From assembly GCA_016882285.1 (NCBI GenBank), contig VGQS01000001.1, forward strand, positions 11,339 to 75,338: a DNA stretch of 64,000 nucleotides. Reading direction: 5' to 3'. The stretch's first letter is position 1; every line of letters begins with the position of its first letter. This DNA comes from Cyanobacteria bacterium K_DeepCast_35m_m2_155. Its GTDB lineage: Bacteria > Cyanobacteriota > Cyanobacteriia > PCC-6307 > Cyanobiaceae. Below are positions 41,829-53,142 of this stretch, one piece after another. The position numbers were made by a program, and so were the translations under genes. The notes under the pieces are model-generated. The model saw only the letters and a program-made list of their open reading frames with translations. It did not search any database and was not told where the DNA came from.

Positions 41829-43514
41829 ATGCGGATCGCCCTGGCCCAGATCAATCCGCTGGTGGGCGACCTGGCCGGCAACGGCGAGCTGCTGCTGACG
41901 GCCTGCCGCAGTGCCGCCGCTTCTGGAGCCGATCTGGTGGTGGCACCTGAGCTGGCGCTGTGGGGCTACCCACCGCGTGATCTGTTGCTGAGGCCAGCAC
42001 TGCAGGCGCAGCAGCAGCAACAACTCGATCGCCTCGCCGCCGAGTTGCCCCCCGGCCTGAAGCTGCTCGTTGGCGTGAGCGAAGGGGCTGCAGATCGCCA
42101 GCAGCCCGATCTGTACAACAGCGCGGCGCTGGTGCAGCGAGGCGAGTGGTGCATCGTCGCCCGCAAGCAGCTGCTGCCCAGCTACGACGTGTTTGATGAG
42201 CGCCGCTATTTCCGCAGCGGGGCTCAGCCCTGCCTGCTGGAGCTCGATTGCGGCGGGCGCCTCTGGCGCCTGGGCATCACCATCTGCGAAGACCTCTGGG
42301 TTGAAGAGAAGCTCCAACACCAACGTCTGCTGGGCTCAGATCCGATTGGCGATCTGCAGGCGCTGCAGCCCGATCTGCTGCTGAACCTGTCGGCCTCGCC
42401 CTTTGGCGAGGGCAAAGCCCAGCTCAGGCGCGAGCTGGCGGCTGCGGCAGCCCGGCGGTTGAGCTGCCCGGTCGTCTATGTCAACCAGGTGGGGGGCAAC
42501 GACGAGCTGGTCTTTGACGGCGGCAGTTTTGTGATCGATCAAGCGGGGTCGGTGCCGCTGCAGCTGGCCTTTGCCAGAAGCGATCTGGCCCTGTGGGAGC
42601 CCGATCACCCCAGGCCTGCGTCTGCAGCTGCCTTGCCCCAGCGCGACGAGCTGCTGCTGCGCGCCCTGGTGCTGGGGGTGGAAGACTATGCGCGCAAATG
42701 CGGGTTTCGCTCAGCCCTGCTGGGGCTGAGCGGCGGCATTGATTCAGCGCTGGTGGCGGTGATCGCAACCGCTGCGCTGGGCCCAGCCAATGTGCAGGCC
42801 CTGCTGATGCCCTCGCCCTGGAGCTCAACAGGATCGATCGTCGATGCCGAAGCGCTGGCCAGCCGCCTGGGCATCGCGACCAGCACCGTGCCGATCGAAG
42901 CGTTGATGCACGGCTTTGAGACCTCACTGACCCCAACCCTGGGCGCCCCCCCCAGCGGCCTGGCGGCCGAAAACCTGCAGTCGCGCATTCGCGGCACGCT
43001 GCTGATGGCCCTGGCCAACCAACAGGGCCAGCTGCTGCTCTCGACCGGCAACAAGAGCGAGCTGGCGGTGGGTTACTGCACCCTCTACGGCGACATGAAC
43101 GGCGGCCTGGCCGTCATCGGCGATCTGTACAAAACCAGCGTGTTTCGGCTCTGCGCCTGGCTCGACGCGCCGGCATCGGCTGCGTGCCGCCGCGCACTCG
43201 GCCTGCCTGCCGCTGGGGAACTGATCGGCGCGGCGATCCGCCAGAAGCCCCCCAGCGCCGAACTGCGGCCCGATCAGCAGGACAGCGATTCACTGCCCGA
43301 CTACGGCACGCTCGACCCGCTGCTCAAAGCGCTCTTGGAAGAGCATCAGAGCCCTGAAGAGTTGATCCAGAAGGGCGTTGATGCCGCGCTCGCCGAGCGG
43401 GTGATGACCCTGCTGCGCCGCGCCGAGTTCAAACGCCGCCAAGCCCCGCCGGTGCTCAAACTGAGCCAACGCGCCTTTGGCAGCGGCTGGCGCATGCCGA
43501 TCGCGGCGCTGTAA
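41829..43514 (+). CDS. nadE: glutamine-dependent NAD+ synthetase (nitrilase domain plus synthetase domain)
   Basis: 561-aa ORF. The N-terminal CN-hydrolase domain begins MRIALAQINPLVGDL and includes ..ICEDLW... The synthetase P-loop is LGLSGGIDSALV. Confidence 0.92.
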   Translation: MRIALAQINPLVGDLAGNGELLLTACRSAAASGADLVVAPELALWGYPPRDLLLRPALQAQQQQQLDRLAAELPPGLKLLVGVSEGAADRQQPDLYNSAALVQRGEWCIVARKQLLPSYDVFDERRYFRSGAQPCLLELDCGGRLWRLGITICEDLWVEEKLQHQRLLGSDPIGDLQALQPDLLLNLSASPFGEGKAQLRRELAAAAARRLSCPVVYVNQVGGNDELVFDGGSFVIDQAGSVPLQLAFARSDLALWEPDHPRPASAAALPQRDELLLRALVLGVEDYARKCGFRSALLGLSGGIDSALVAVIATAALGPANVQALLMPSPWSSTGSIVDAEALASRLGIATSTVPIEALMHGFETSLTPTLGAPPSGLAAENLQSRIRGTLLMALANQQGQLLLSTGNKSELAVGYCTLYGDMNGGLAVIGDLYKTSVFRLCAWLDAPASAACRRALGLPAAGELIGAAIRQKPPSAELRPDQQDSDSLPDYGTLDPLLKALLEEHQSPEELIQKGVDAALAERVMTLLRRAEFKRRQAPPVLKLSQRAFGSGWRMPIAAL

Positions 43515-43621
43515 ACCAGCGCCGTGGCCAGCTGCCTCGGCCGGCGCCAAGCTGGAGGCAGACCCGCCTCCGTGATCAACCCATGGCCGCCCCCGGCAGT
43601 GCCGCCCCTCTGGCCAGCCCG

Positions 43622-44734
43622 ATGGCCAGCATTGGCGTGCCCAAGGAGATCAAACGTGATGAGCAGCGCGTCGCCCTGACGCCTGACGGGGCCCGCGAGC
43701 TGGTCAGCCAGGGCATGGAGGTGCGGATTGAAGCTGGTGCGGGCCTTGGGGCAGGCATCGGCGACAACGATTACGCCGCCGTCGGCGCCCAGCTGGTGAG
43801 CCGCGAGGACGCCTGGGCCGCCCACCTGGTGGTCAAGGTCAAAGAGCCCCAACCCGAAGAATTTGCGTTCTTGCGCCCCGATCTGGTGCTGTTCACCTAC
43901 CTGCACCTGGCCGCCTATCCCGACGTGGGCCAGGCCCTGCTCGAGGCCGGCACCACCGCCGTGGCCTACGAAACGGTGCAGCTCGACGACGGCAGCCTGC
44001 CGCTGCTGGCCCCCATGAGCGAGATCGCCGGCCGCCTGGCCGCCCAGGTGGGGTCCTACCTGCTGGAAAAACCCCATGGCGGCCGGGGTGTGCTGATGGG
44101 CGGCTGCACCGGCGTGCGTCCAGCGCGGGTGGTGGTGCTGGGGGCCGGCAGCGTTGGCTGGAACGCGGCCCGCATTGCCGCTGCCATGGATGCCGAGGTG
44201 TTCTTACTCGATCGCTCACCGCAGCGATTGCGCCAGCTCGAGGCCGACCGCCGCGGCCGGCTGGTGAGCCTGGTGAGCAGCAGCAGCCTGATCGAGCGCC
44301 TGGTGCCGGGGGCCGATCTGGTGATCGGCGCGGTGCTGACCCCCGGCGGCCGCGCCCCCACCCTGGTGAGCGAGGCCTTGGTGGCGCAGATGAAACCGGG
44401 TTCGGTGGTGGTGGATGTGGCGATCGATCAGGGCGGCTGCATCGCCACCAGCCGCGAAACCACCCACACCGAGCCGACCTTCAGCGCCCATGGCGTGCAG
44501 CACTACGCCGTGGGCAACATGCCCGGCGCTGTGCCGTTCACCTCAACCGAAGCGCTGATGAGCGTGACCCTGCCCTACATCCTGGTGATGGCCGGCAGGG
44601 GGCTCACCGAAGCCTTCACCGACCGGCCCGAGCTGGTCAGCGGCCTCAACACGATCGGCGGAGCGGTGTGCCACCCCGGCGTGGCCAAGGCCCTGGGCGT
44701 GCAGCCGCGTCACCCGATGGCCTGCCTGCGCTAA
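43622..44734 (+). CDS. ald: alanine dehydrogenase
   Basis: MASIGVPKEIKRDEQRVALTPDGAREL and the NAD motif VVVLGAGSVGWNAARIA. The start is set at ATG 43622. The ORF opens at 43583. Confidence 0.92.
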   Translation: MASIGVPKEIKRDEQRVALTPDGARELVSQGMEVRIEAGAGLGAGIGDNDYAAVGAQLVSREDAWAAHLVVKVKEPQPEEFAFLRPDLVLFTYLHLAAYPDVGQALLEAGTTAVAYETVQLDDGSLPLLAPMSEIAGRLAAQVGSYLLEKPHGGRGVLMGGCTGVRPARVVVLGAGSVGWNAARIAAAMDAEVFLLDRSPQRLRQLEADRRGRLVSLVSSSSLIERLVPGADLVIGAVLTPGGRAPTLVSEALVAQMKPGSVVVDVAIDQGGCIATSRETTHTEPTFSAHGVQHYAVGNMPGAVPFTSTEALMSVTLPYILVMAGRGLTEAFTDRPELVSGLNTIGGAVCHPGVAKALGVQPRHPMACLR

Positions 44735-45795
44735 GCGCTGCCCAACCCCGGCAGCGGCCTGTGCAGCGCTGCCGGGGCAATGCCCTCGCGCAGCGCCAGC
44801 ACCAGGCCGGCCGCTTCGCTGTAGCTGGCAGCAGGCAGGACCTGCAGATCCAGGGCCTCAGCATTGACATGGAGCAGGCAAGGATTGTCCACAGCAATCA
44901 CGGGAATGCCGCGCTCGGCGCAGGCGAGCACGGCAGCGCCACCGAGTGCGCCTGCCGGAGCGACCACCGCGCCGGCGGCTTCGATGCAGAGCTCAGGTCC
45001 AGCCCATGGCGCAACCACGGCTGAGCCATCAACGGGAACCAGATCGGGAGCCCGGCTCAATCCCACCAGCACGCAGGGCAGAAACGTGAACCCCAGCTCC
45101 TCACCAGCAGCCCGCGGGTCCAGCTGTGGATCCAGCGGCAGGGGCATCAGGGCAGGGGCATGGGCGCAGGGCAGGCCCAGCTCAAGGCTCAGCAGATGGC
45201 TGATCACCGCCTCAGCCCCGGCCAGGGCATCGACGCCGCTGCCAGCGCGATAGGCCGCCAGAGCGTCGCTGTCAGGGTCATCAGGAAAGCGGGCCACCAC
45301 GGCTATGGCGGTGGCACCGGCAGCCTTGAGCTGCCGGCCGGCCCGCAGCAGGGCCTCGCCCTGGCCCAGCTGGCCCCAGCTGGCCCCACTGCCGCCCAGA
45401 CTCAGCCCCACCTCCAGTGGCACCTCGGTGGTCACCACCGGGCCGATGTCGAGGCCAAGCGTGGCGCGGCAACCCTCGGCCACCTGCAGCTGGCGCGCCC
45501 TGAGCTCGGGCTCGATGCCGGCATCGAGCAGCAACCCCACCCGCTGCTGACGCACCGGCCGTAGCCGCAGCTCACCAGTGGCAAAGCGATCGAGGCTCGA
45601 GCCCTCGACGTAATGAATCCGCGGATCGCTCCAGTAGAGCGCCGCGCCATTCATCACATTGGGATGGGTGATCAGGCAACCACTGGCAGCAGCCAGCAGG
45701 CGGGCCACTGGCAGGGCATCACCGGCGTAGCCGCCCTGCTGGCAGCCGATCCCCGTCGGGATCACCAGCAGCACCGGCAGAGGCGGTGCACTCAT
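44731..45795 (-). CDS. DUF3326-like protein of unknown function
   Basis: MSAPPLPVLLVIPTGIGCQQGGYAGDALPVARLLAAASGCLITHPNVMNGA.. matches my recollection of the cyanobacterial/plant DUF3326 family. ATG 45795 overlaps the stop of the upstream 66-aa ORF (ATGA). Confidence 0.65.
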   Translation of the reverse strand: MSAPPLPVLLVIPTGIGCQQGGYAGDALPVARLLAAASGCLITHPNVMNGAALYWSDPRIHYVEGSSLDRFATGELRLRPVRQQRVGLLLDAGIEPELRARQLQVAEGCRATLGLDIGPVVTTEVPLEVGLSLGGSGASWGQLGQGEALLRAGRQLKAAGATAIAVVARFPDDPDSDALAAYRAGSGVDALAGAEAVISHLLSLELGLPCAHAPALMPLPLDPQLDPRAAGEELGFTFLPCVLVGLSRAPDLVPVDGSAVVAPWAGPELCIEAAGAVVAPAGALGGAAVLACAERGIPVIAVDNPCLLHVNAEALDLQVLPAASYSEAAGLVLALREGIAPAALHRPLPGLGSA

Positions 45796-45992
45796 GCGCG
45801 CACCACCGCCTCGATGCACAGGACCGAGCAGGACGCACCTCCACCGGAAGCAACATCGGGAGCGAGCGCAGGCTCAACCGCCGTGATCGCCCAGCGCAGC
45901 GGCTGCCCGTGGGCCGATAACGCGTCATGGATCTGCGCCAGCAGGGGGCCCGGCTGGCGCTCCAACCGCAGCGCAAGCGGCACCAGCTTCAC
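45792..45992 (-). CDS. hypothetical 66-aa protein, translationally coupled on both sides
   Basis: Its GTG start overlaps the ferredoxin stop (GTGA) and its stop overlaps the DUF3326 ATG (ATGA). Third codon positions are overwhelmingly G/C, as in neighbouring genes. No family recognised. Confidence 0.5.
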   Translation of the reverse strand: MKLVPLALRLERQPGPLLAQIHDALSAHGQPLRWAITAVEPALAPDVASGGGASCSVLCIEAVVRA

Positions 45993-46342
45993 TTCTGATA
46001 CTGACCGAACTGGGCCTCATAAAGCGCATCTTCCTGACCGGCATTCAGGCTCAGGTCACTGGTCGGGAAGGCCACGCACAGCAGCGCAAAGCCCTGTTGC
46101 TGCAGCTCGGCCTTGACGCCCATGGCGTCGGGCTGATGGACGCTGCCACTGCTGATCAAGGCCGCACAGGTGGTGCACACACCTGAGCAGCAGGAACTGG
46201 GCAGCCCAATGCCGGCTGCCTCGGCCGCCGCCAGCACGGTCTGATCGCTGCGGCAGGGGAAGGTGTGGGTGTTGCCCTCAAACGTGGCAGTGATCTGAAA
46301 CGTGGTGGGCTCGCTCACAGCACTCGGCGTCGATCGCTCCAT
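45989..46342 (-). CDS. plant-type [2Fe-2S] ferredoxin-like protein
   Basis: FQITATFEGNTHTFPCRSDQTVLAAAEAAGIGLPSSCCSGVCTTCAALISSG...LLCVAFP shows a C-x4-C-x2-C...C ligand pattern. ATG 46342 is preceded by GGGAAG. The ORF opens at GTG 46375. Confidence 0.8.
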   Translation of the reverse strand: MERSTPSAVSEPTTFQITATFEGNTHTFPCRSDQTVLAAAEAAGIGLPSSCCSGVCTTCAALISSGSVHQPDAMGVKAELQQQGFALLCVAFPTSDLSLNAGQEDALYEAQFGQYQK

Positions 46343-46359
46343 CTTCCCAGCCGCGGGGC

Positions 46360-47094
46360 TCACACCGCATGCCACTGGCTTGGGTGTGGCGCCAGATATT
46401 CAGCAGGCTGCTCGAGCTGGGCGGCGGCGGTGAGCACCAGATCAAGACTGATCGAGGCCCGTAGCTCCTCACTGCTGACATTGGGCAGCACCGCATGATC
46501 CAGGCACGAGGGAAACAAGACCAGCAGACCAGCCCGCGGGGCCAGATCTACAAAGGAGGCTGACCAGGGCGTGGCTGCCAACGGGCCGCCATGGCCCACG
46601 GCCATGCCGGGCACCAGTTCATTGAGCTGACGCTGGGGCCAGAAGCGCAAACAACCGCAGTCGCCGCTGCCATCGCCGCTCAGGTAATAGACAGCGCTGA
46701 GATGGGCATTGGGATGGTGATGACGCCCCACCACCTGGTCGGCTTCGCTGAGCACGGGCCAGCAGCGCTGCACATGCAGCGCCACCTGACTCAGATCAAA
46801 TCCCAGCTGCTGCAGGTAATGCCGAACGTGAACGAGCAGCTCGGCGATCAGCCCAGCAAACACCGGGTGCTTCTGCAACTGCCAGACGCCATTGAGATCG
46901 CCGGTCCAGGCACAACCCGGATCAGGGTTGCTTGAGGCCTCACCGCGCAGCTCGTGCAACGCCTGCAGCTGCAGCGCCAGATCCAGTGGATCAGGCCGCA
47001 GCTGCAGCTGCCCCAGCGCCACGGGGAAGAGTGGCTGGATCGCCAGATCCCCGGGCGGCGGCAAGGGCAACGGCTCGCTCATCGTTGGATGCAC
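46360..47094 (-). CDS. putative 2OG-Fe(II) oxygenase-superfamily protein (TIGR02466-like)
   Basis: 244-aa ORF. ..HHHPNAHLSAVYYLSGDG...LVLFPSCLDHAV.. resembles the His-rich jelly-roll motifs of the TIGR02466/PF13759 group. The assignment is from memory only. Confidence 0.55.
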   Translation of the reverse strand: MHPTMSEPLPLPPPGDLAIQPLFPVALGQLQLRPDPLDLALQLQALHELRGEASSNPDPGCAWTGDLNGVWQLQKHPVFAGLIAELLVHVRHYLQQLGFDLSQVALHVQRCWPVLSEADQVVGRHHHPNAHLSAVYYLSGDGSGDCGCLRFWPQRQLNELVPGMAVGHGGPLAATPWSASFVDLAPRAGLLVLFPSCLDHAVLPNVSSEELRASISLDLVLTAAAQLEQPAEYLAPHPSQWHAV

Positions 47095-47151
47095 CCTCCA
47101 GCCTGGAGCTCACCCCTCCAGCATCCCAAAGCGAGCCACGGCTTCAAACAA

Positions 47152-47220
47152 CAACCCCTCAGACCATCAAGGCGGTGTTGCACAGAGCGCGCGTAACCGC
47201 CGAGAGGGGCTGAGGGGTTG
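47152..47220 (-). terminator. nested stem-loop downstream of atpG (gamma); candidate terminator or attenuator
   Basis: The outer 11-bp stem CAACCCCTCAG/CTGAGGGGTTG encloses an inner stem GGCGGT/ACCGCC. On the minus strand it is followed by TTGTTTG. Confidence 0.35.
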
Positions 47221-47247
47221 GGCAGAGAACGCCGCGACGCCCGGGCG

Positions 47248-48195
47248 TCAGGCCATCGCCGAGGCACCGCCAACCACCTCAAGAATTTCTTGGGTGATGG
47301 CAGCCTGACGCGCCTTGTTGTAATCAAGGGTCAGGGTCTTGGCCAGAGCCTTGGCATTGTCGCTGGCGTTGTTCATCGCCGTCATGCGGCTGGCCAGCTC
47401 AGAAGCGGCGGCTTCCTGCAGGGCACGCAGCAGCTGGTTCTCCAGATACAGCGGCAGCAGTGCATTGAGCAGCTGATCGGGGCTCTGCTCAAAGATGATG
47501 TCGGAGGGCAGCGCCGGGGCCTGATTGGCAGCCGTGCCAGGTTCAACGACCAACTGACCTTCACGGGTGGTCAGACGGAAGATCTCATCATCAGGCGAGG
47601 CAATGCCCTGGGGATCCAGGGGCAGCAGAGTCTGAGAGACCGGACGCGAGCTCACCAGGTTGATGAACTTGGTGTAGATGATTTCAACGCGGTCGCTGGC
47701 CCCACCGATGAAGTCAGCCAGCACCTCGCCTGCGATCTTCATCGCTTCAGCAGCATTAGGCACCTGCTCAAGCCCGGTGAAGGTGGCCTTGATCGGGTAG
47801 CTGCGGTTCTGGAAGTAGGTGATGGCCTTGCGGCCGATCAGCACCAGATCGACGGCATAACCCTGCGCCTTGAGCTCGGCAAAACGCTGCTCGGTGCGCT
47901 TGATGATGTTGGCGTTGTAGCCACCGCACAGACCGCGATCAGCACTCACCACCAACAAGGTGATGGTCTCGATCGGACGCTCTTCCAGAAGCGGTGCGTC
48001 AACATCTTCAAAGCGCATGCGCGACTGGAGGTTCTCCAGAACGCGTGCGAGCCGGTCGGCAAAGGGCCGACTGCGCAACACCTGCTCCTGTGCACGGCGA
48101 ACCTTGGCCGCCGCCACCAGGCGCATGGCCTCGGTGATCTTGCGGGTGTTCTTCACCGAACTGATCCTGTCGCGGATCTCTTTGAGATTGGCCAT
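47248..48195 (-). CDS. atpG: F1 ATP synthase gamma subunit
   Basis: 315-aa ORF beginning [36 protein letters not shown] and ending ..[12 protein letters not shown]... Confidence 0.96.
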   Translation of the reverse strand: MANLKEIRDRISSVKNTRKITEAMRLVAAAKVRRAQEQVLRSRPFADRLARVLENLQSRMRFEDVDAPLLEERPIETITLLVVSADRGLCGGYNANIIKRTEQRFAELKAQGYAVDLVLIGRKAITYFQNRSYPIKATFTGLEQVPNAAEAMKIAGEVLADFIGGASDRVEIIYTKFINLVSSRPVSQTLLPLDPQGIASPDDEIFRLTTREGQLVVEPGTAANQAPALPSDIIFEQSPDQLLNALLPLYLENQLLRALQEAAASELASRMTAMNNASDNAKALAKTLTLDYNKARQAAITQEILEVVGGASAMA

Positions 48196-48224
48196 GGGTT
48201 AGGGCTCTAAGAGGGCTCTGGGGA

Positions 48225-50361
<2,137 letters not shown>

Positions 50362-50362
<1 letters not shown>

Positions 50363-50892
50363 CAGGCTTTCCCCAAATTGGCGATGGACTGATCAAGCAA
50401 CTTGGCCTGAGCGGCCTCATCCAGCTTCCCTGGAAGCGCAGCCAGGGCTTTCTCAATGGCCTGGCGAGCTGCCTCACGGCGCAGCATGGCGCTGACGCGG
50501 GCTGCTTCGGCATTGAGGTCGGCCACGGCGTCCTGCTTGAGGCGCGCCATCTCTTCAATGGTGCGCATCTCACTGTCGCTGCGGATGGCTGCGGCACGGG
50601 CTTTGCCGTCGCTGCGAATCTGCTCTGCCTTGGTCTGAGCTGCGGCCAGATCAGCCTGAGCTTTGCTCAAGGCAGCGGCAGCCTGGGCCAGACGCGCTTC
50701 AGCATCCTTGAGCTCCTCGAGGATGGCGGCGCGGCGGCGCTCCAGAATGCCCCCGAGAAATCCTTTGAGAAACCAGACCAGAACCCCGATCACGATGATC
50801 AGGTTGATCAGGTTGGTCTCGAGGATGTTGGTGTTGATGCCGAAGCCACCGTGGTGACCCAGCAACACGGGGAAAGAGAGAGTTGCAATCAT
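50362..50892 (-). CDS. atpF: F0 ATP synthase subunit b
   Basis: 176-aa ORF with an N-terminal TM helix followed by a long charged coiled coil. It occupies the expected position in the atp operon. Confidence 0.88.
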
Positions 50893-51359
50893 TGGGCGGG
50901 CAGCAATCGGTTGACGATCAACGCACCGAGGCGATCTGACTCGCCCGCCAGGGCTGCCAGAGCCTGCTCACGCTGTTGCTCGATCTCGCGCCTGGCTTTT
51001 TCGCGAGAGGCATTGGCCTCCGTTTGAGCCAGGGCGAGTGCCTCGCGGTACAGCTTGTCGACCTCCTGCTCGGCCTCGACGATCAACTTCTGCGACTCCT
51101 GGCGGGCAGCCTTGAGTTGCTCAGCAAGATCAGACTCAAGCCGTTGCACCTGGGCCAGCTTTTGCTTGGCCTCAGCGCGGCTGGTGGTGATGAAACCCTC
51201 GCGGTCTTCGACAACCCGGCCAACCGGGCGGAAGAACAGGGCATTGAGGAGGAAGGTCAGAACAACGACCTGAACCGCCATCAACGGCAGGGTCGCGTCG
51301 AGGTCAAACAGACCTCCTTCAGGTGCGCCTGAAGCCGCAAGCAGAAGCCAGCTAGACAT
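50889..51359 (-). CDS. F0 ATP synthase subunit b'
   Basis: 156-aa [43 protein letters not shown] is the typical b' N-terminus. Confidence 0.88.
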   Translation of the reverse strand: MSSWLLLAASGAPEGGLFDLDATLPLMAVQVVVLTFLLNALFFRPVGRVVEDREGFITTSRAEAKQKLAQVQRLESDLAEQLKAARQESQKLIVEAEQEVDKLYREALALAQTEANASREKARREIEQQREQALAALAGESDRLGALIVNRLLPAQ

Positions 51360-51500
51360 CGCAGAAGAGCGCCGAAATGAAAAGGAAGGAACTGCTGGTG
51401 AACGTCACCGGCAGCCTGAGGCTGATGACCTGGCCAGCAACGCTGAAAGCCAGGCCATCGAGTCCAAGCCGAGCCGATGCCCGACCTGGACTCAGGGCGA

Positions 51501-51902
<402 letters not shown>

Positions 51903-51914
51903 TTAAGCAAGAGC

Positions 51915-52643
51915 TCAGTGGTGCTCTTCGTGAACCGCTTCGCCGATGTAATTCGCGGCGAGGGTGGCGAAGATCAACGCCTGAATGGCGCTGGTGAACA
52001 GCCCGAGGAACATGGCCGGCAGGGGCACGATCACCGGGACCAGGAAAGCCAGCACACCGACCACCAGCTCGTCGGCAAGGATGTTGCCGAACAGACGGAA
52101 GGACAGGGACAGCGGCTTGGTGAAGTCCTCGATGATCTTGAACGGCAGCATGATCGGGGTCGGTTCGACGTAGTACTCGAAGTACCGCAGCCCCTTGCGG
52201 CTCAGGCCGGCGTAGAAGTACGAGAGCGACACCAGCAGGGCCATGGCCACGGTGGTGTTGATGTCAGCGGTGGGTGCACCGAGCTCACCACTGGGAATCT
52301 CGACGAGCTTCCAGGGGATCAGGGCTCCGCCCCAGTTGCACACAAAAATGAACAAGAACAGGGTGCCGATGAACGGCAGCCAGTCGCGGTAGGCCTTCTC
52401 ACCGATCTGCTCACGGGCCAGATCGCGGATGTAGGTCCACAGGAACTCCAGCAGGTTCTGGACCCCACTGGGGTCACGCTGCATCGAACGGGTGCCGACC
52501 ACCACCAGGGCGAGCAGGGCACCGATCACCACCCAGGAGCTCAGAAAGACCTGGCCATGAAGGTGGAGATTGCCGATGTGCCAATAAAACTGTTTTCCGA
52601 CTTCCAGCTCGGCGAAGGGAAGCAACGGGGACAGAAGAACCAT
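51915..52643 (-). CDS. atpB: F0 ATP synthase subunit a
   Basis: 242-aa polytopic ORF. ..[17 protein letters not shown].. contains the essential Arg motif. Confidence 0.94.
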   Translation of the reverse strand: MVLLSPLLPFAELEVGKQFYWHIGNLHLHGQVFLSSWVVIGALLALVVVGTRSMQRDPSGVQNLLEFLWTYIRDLAREQIGEKAYRDWLPFIGTLFLFIFVCNWGGALIPWKLVEIPSGELGAPTADINTTVAMALLVSLSYFYAGLSRKGLRYFEYYVEPTPIMLPFKIIEDFTKPLSLSFRLFGNILADELVVGVLAFLVPVIVPLPAMFLGLFTSAIQALIFATLAANYIGEAVHEEHH

Positions 52644-52659
52644 GGAGATGGAGATTGGT

Positions 52660-53136
52660 TCAGGGAGCGAGAAACGCCTGCAGGAGCAAGGCAGGCTTGT
52701 AGAGCACGAATCCTGCTAGCGCAGGCAGGAGCTGCAAAGCAGGAACCCTCGAGCAGACAACCACCAGCAGGGCTGGAACGATCATCTGAAAACGCCCCAA
52801 AGAGCGGGATTGGGTACCCAATTTGGCGACGCTCCGCGCCAGCAGACGGACATAAAGCAGTCCGCAGCTGGCACCGAAAGCAAGGCTGCAGGCGGGCTGC
52901 AGGCCGAATCGAAGGGCAGTGAGCGCACTCACCACAACCGATAGGCCCAGAGTCGCCAGCAAAAAGCGACGCTGCAGGCGTTGAAAGTCGTCCGAAGGCG
53001 ACGCAACAGCCACTGGAGCCTCTGCATCAGGGGCCGAAGCCGTAACCGATTCAGCGGCCAGGGTTGCCTGCAAGCTTGCCCGGTGCAAAAAGCGGCCGGA
53101 ATCTATCACGCAGCCACCAGAGCTCAGCTGGGGCAA
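52660..53136 (-). CDS. ATP synthase protein I-like small membrane protein (atp1)
   Basis: A hydrophobic C-terminal half with 3-4 TM segments lies directly upstream of subunit a, as in cyanobacterial atp1 operons. The start codon is uncertain. Confidence 0.6.
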   Translation of the reverse strand: MPQLSSGGCVIDSGRFLHRASLQATLAAESVTASAPDAEAPVAVASPSDDFQRLQRRFLLATLGLSVVVSALTALRFGLQPACSLAFGASCGLLYVRLLARSVAKLGTQSRSLGRFQMIVPALLVVVCSRVPALQLLPALAGFVLYKPALLLQAFLAP

Positions 53137-53142
53137 TCCATC

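Noticed and set aside
40686-42323. 545-aa minus-strand ORF antisense to the GTPase, nadD and nadE genes.
   Set aside because: It spans three real genes and their junctions on the opposite strand and has low-complexity Ala/Gln/Arg-rich sequence. It is a GC-driven artefact. The same applies to 38589-39611, 51477-52922 and 52981-54213.
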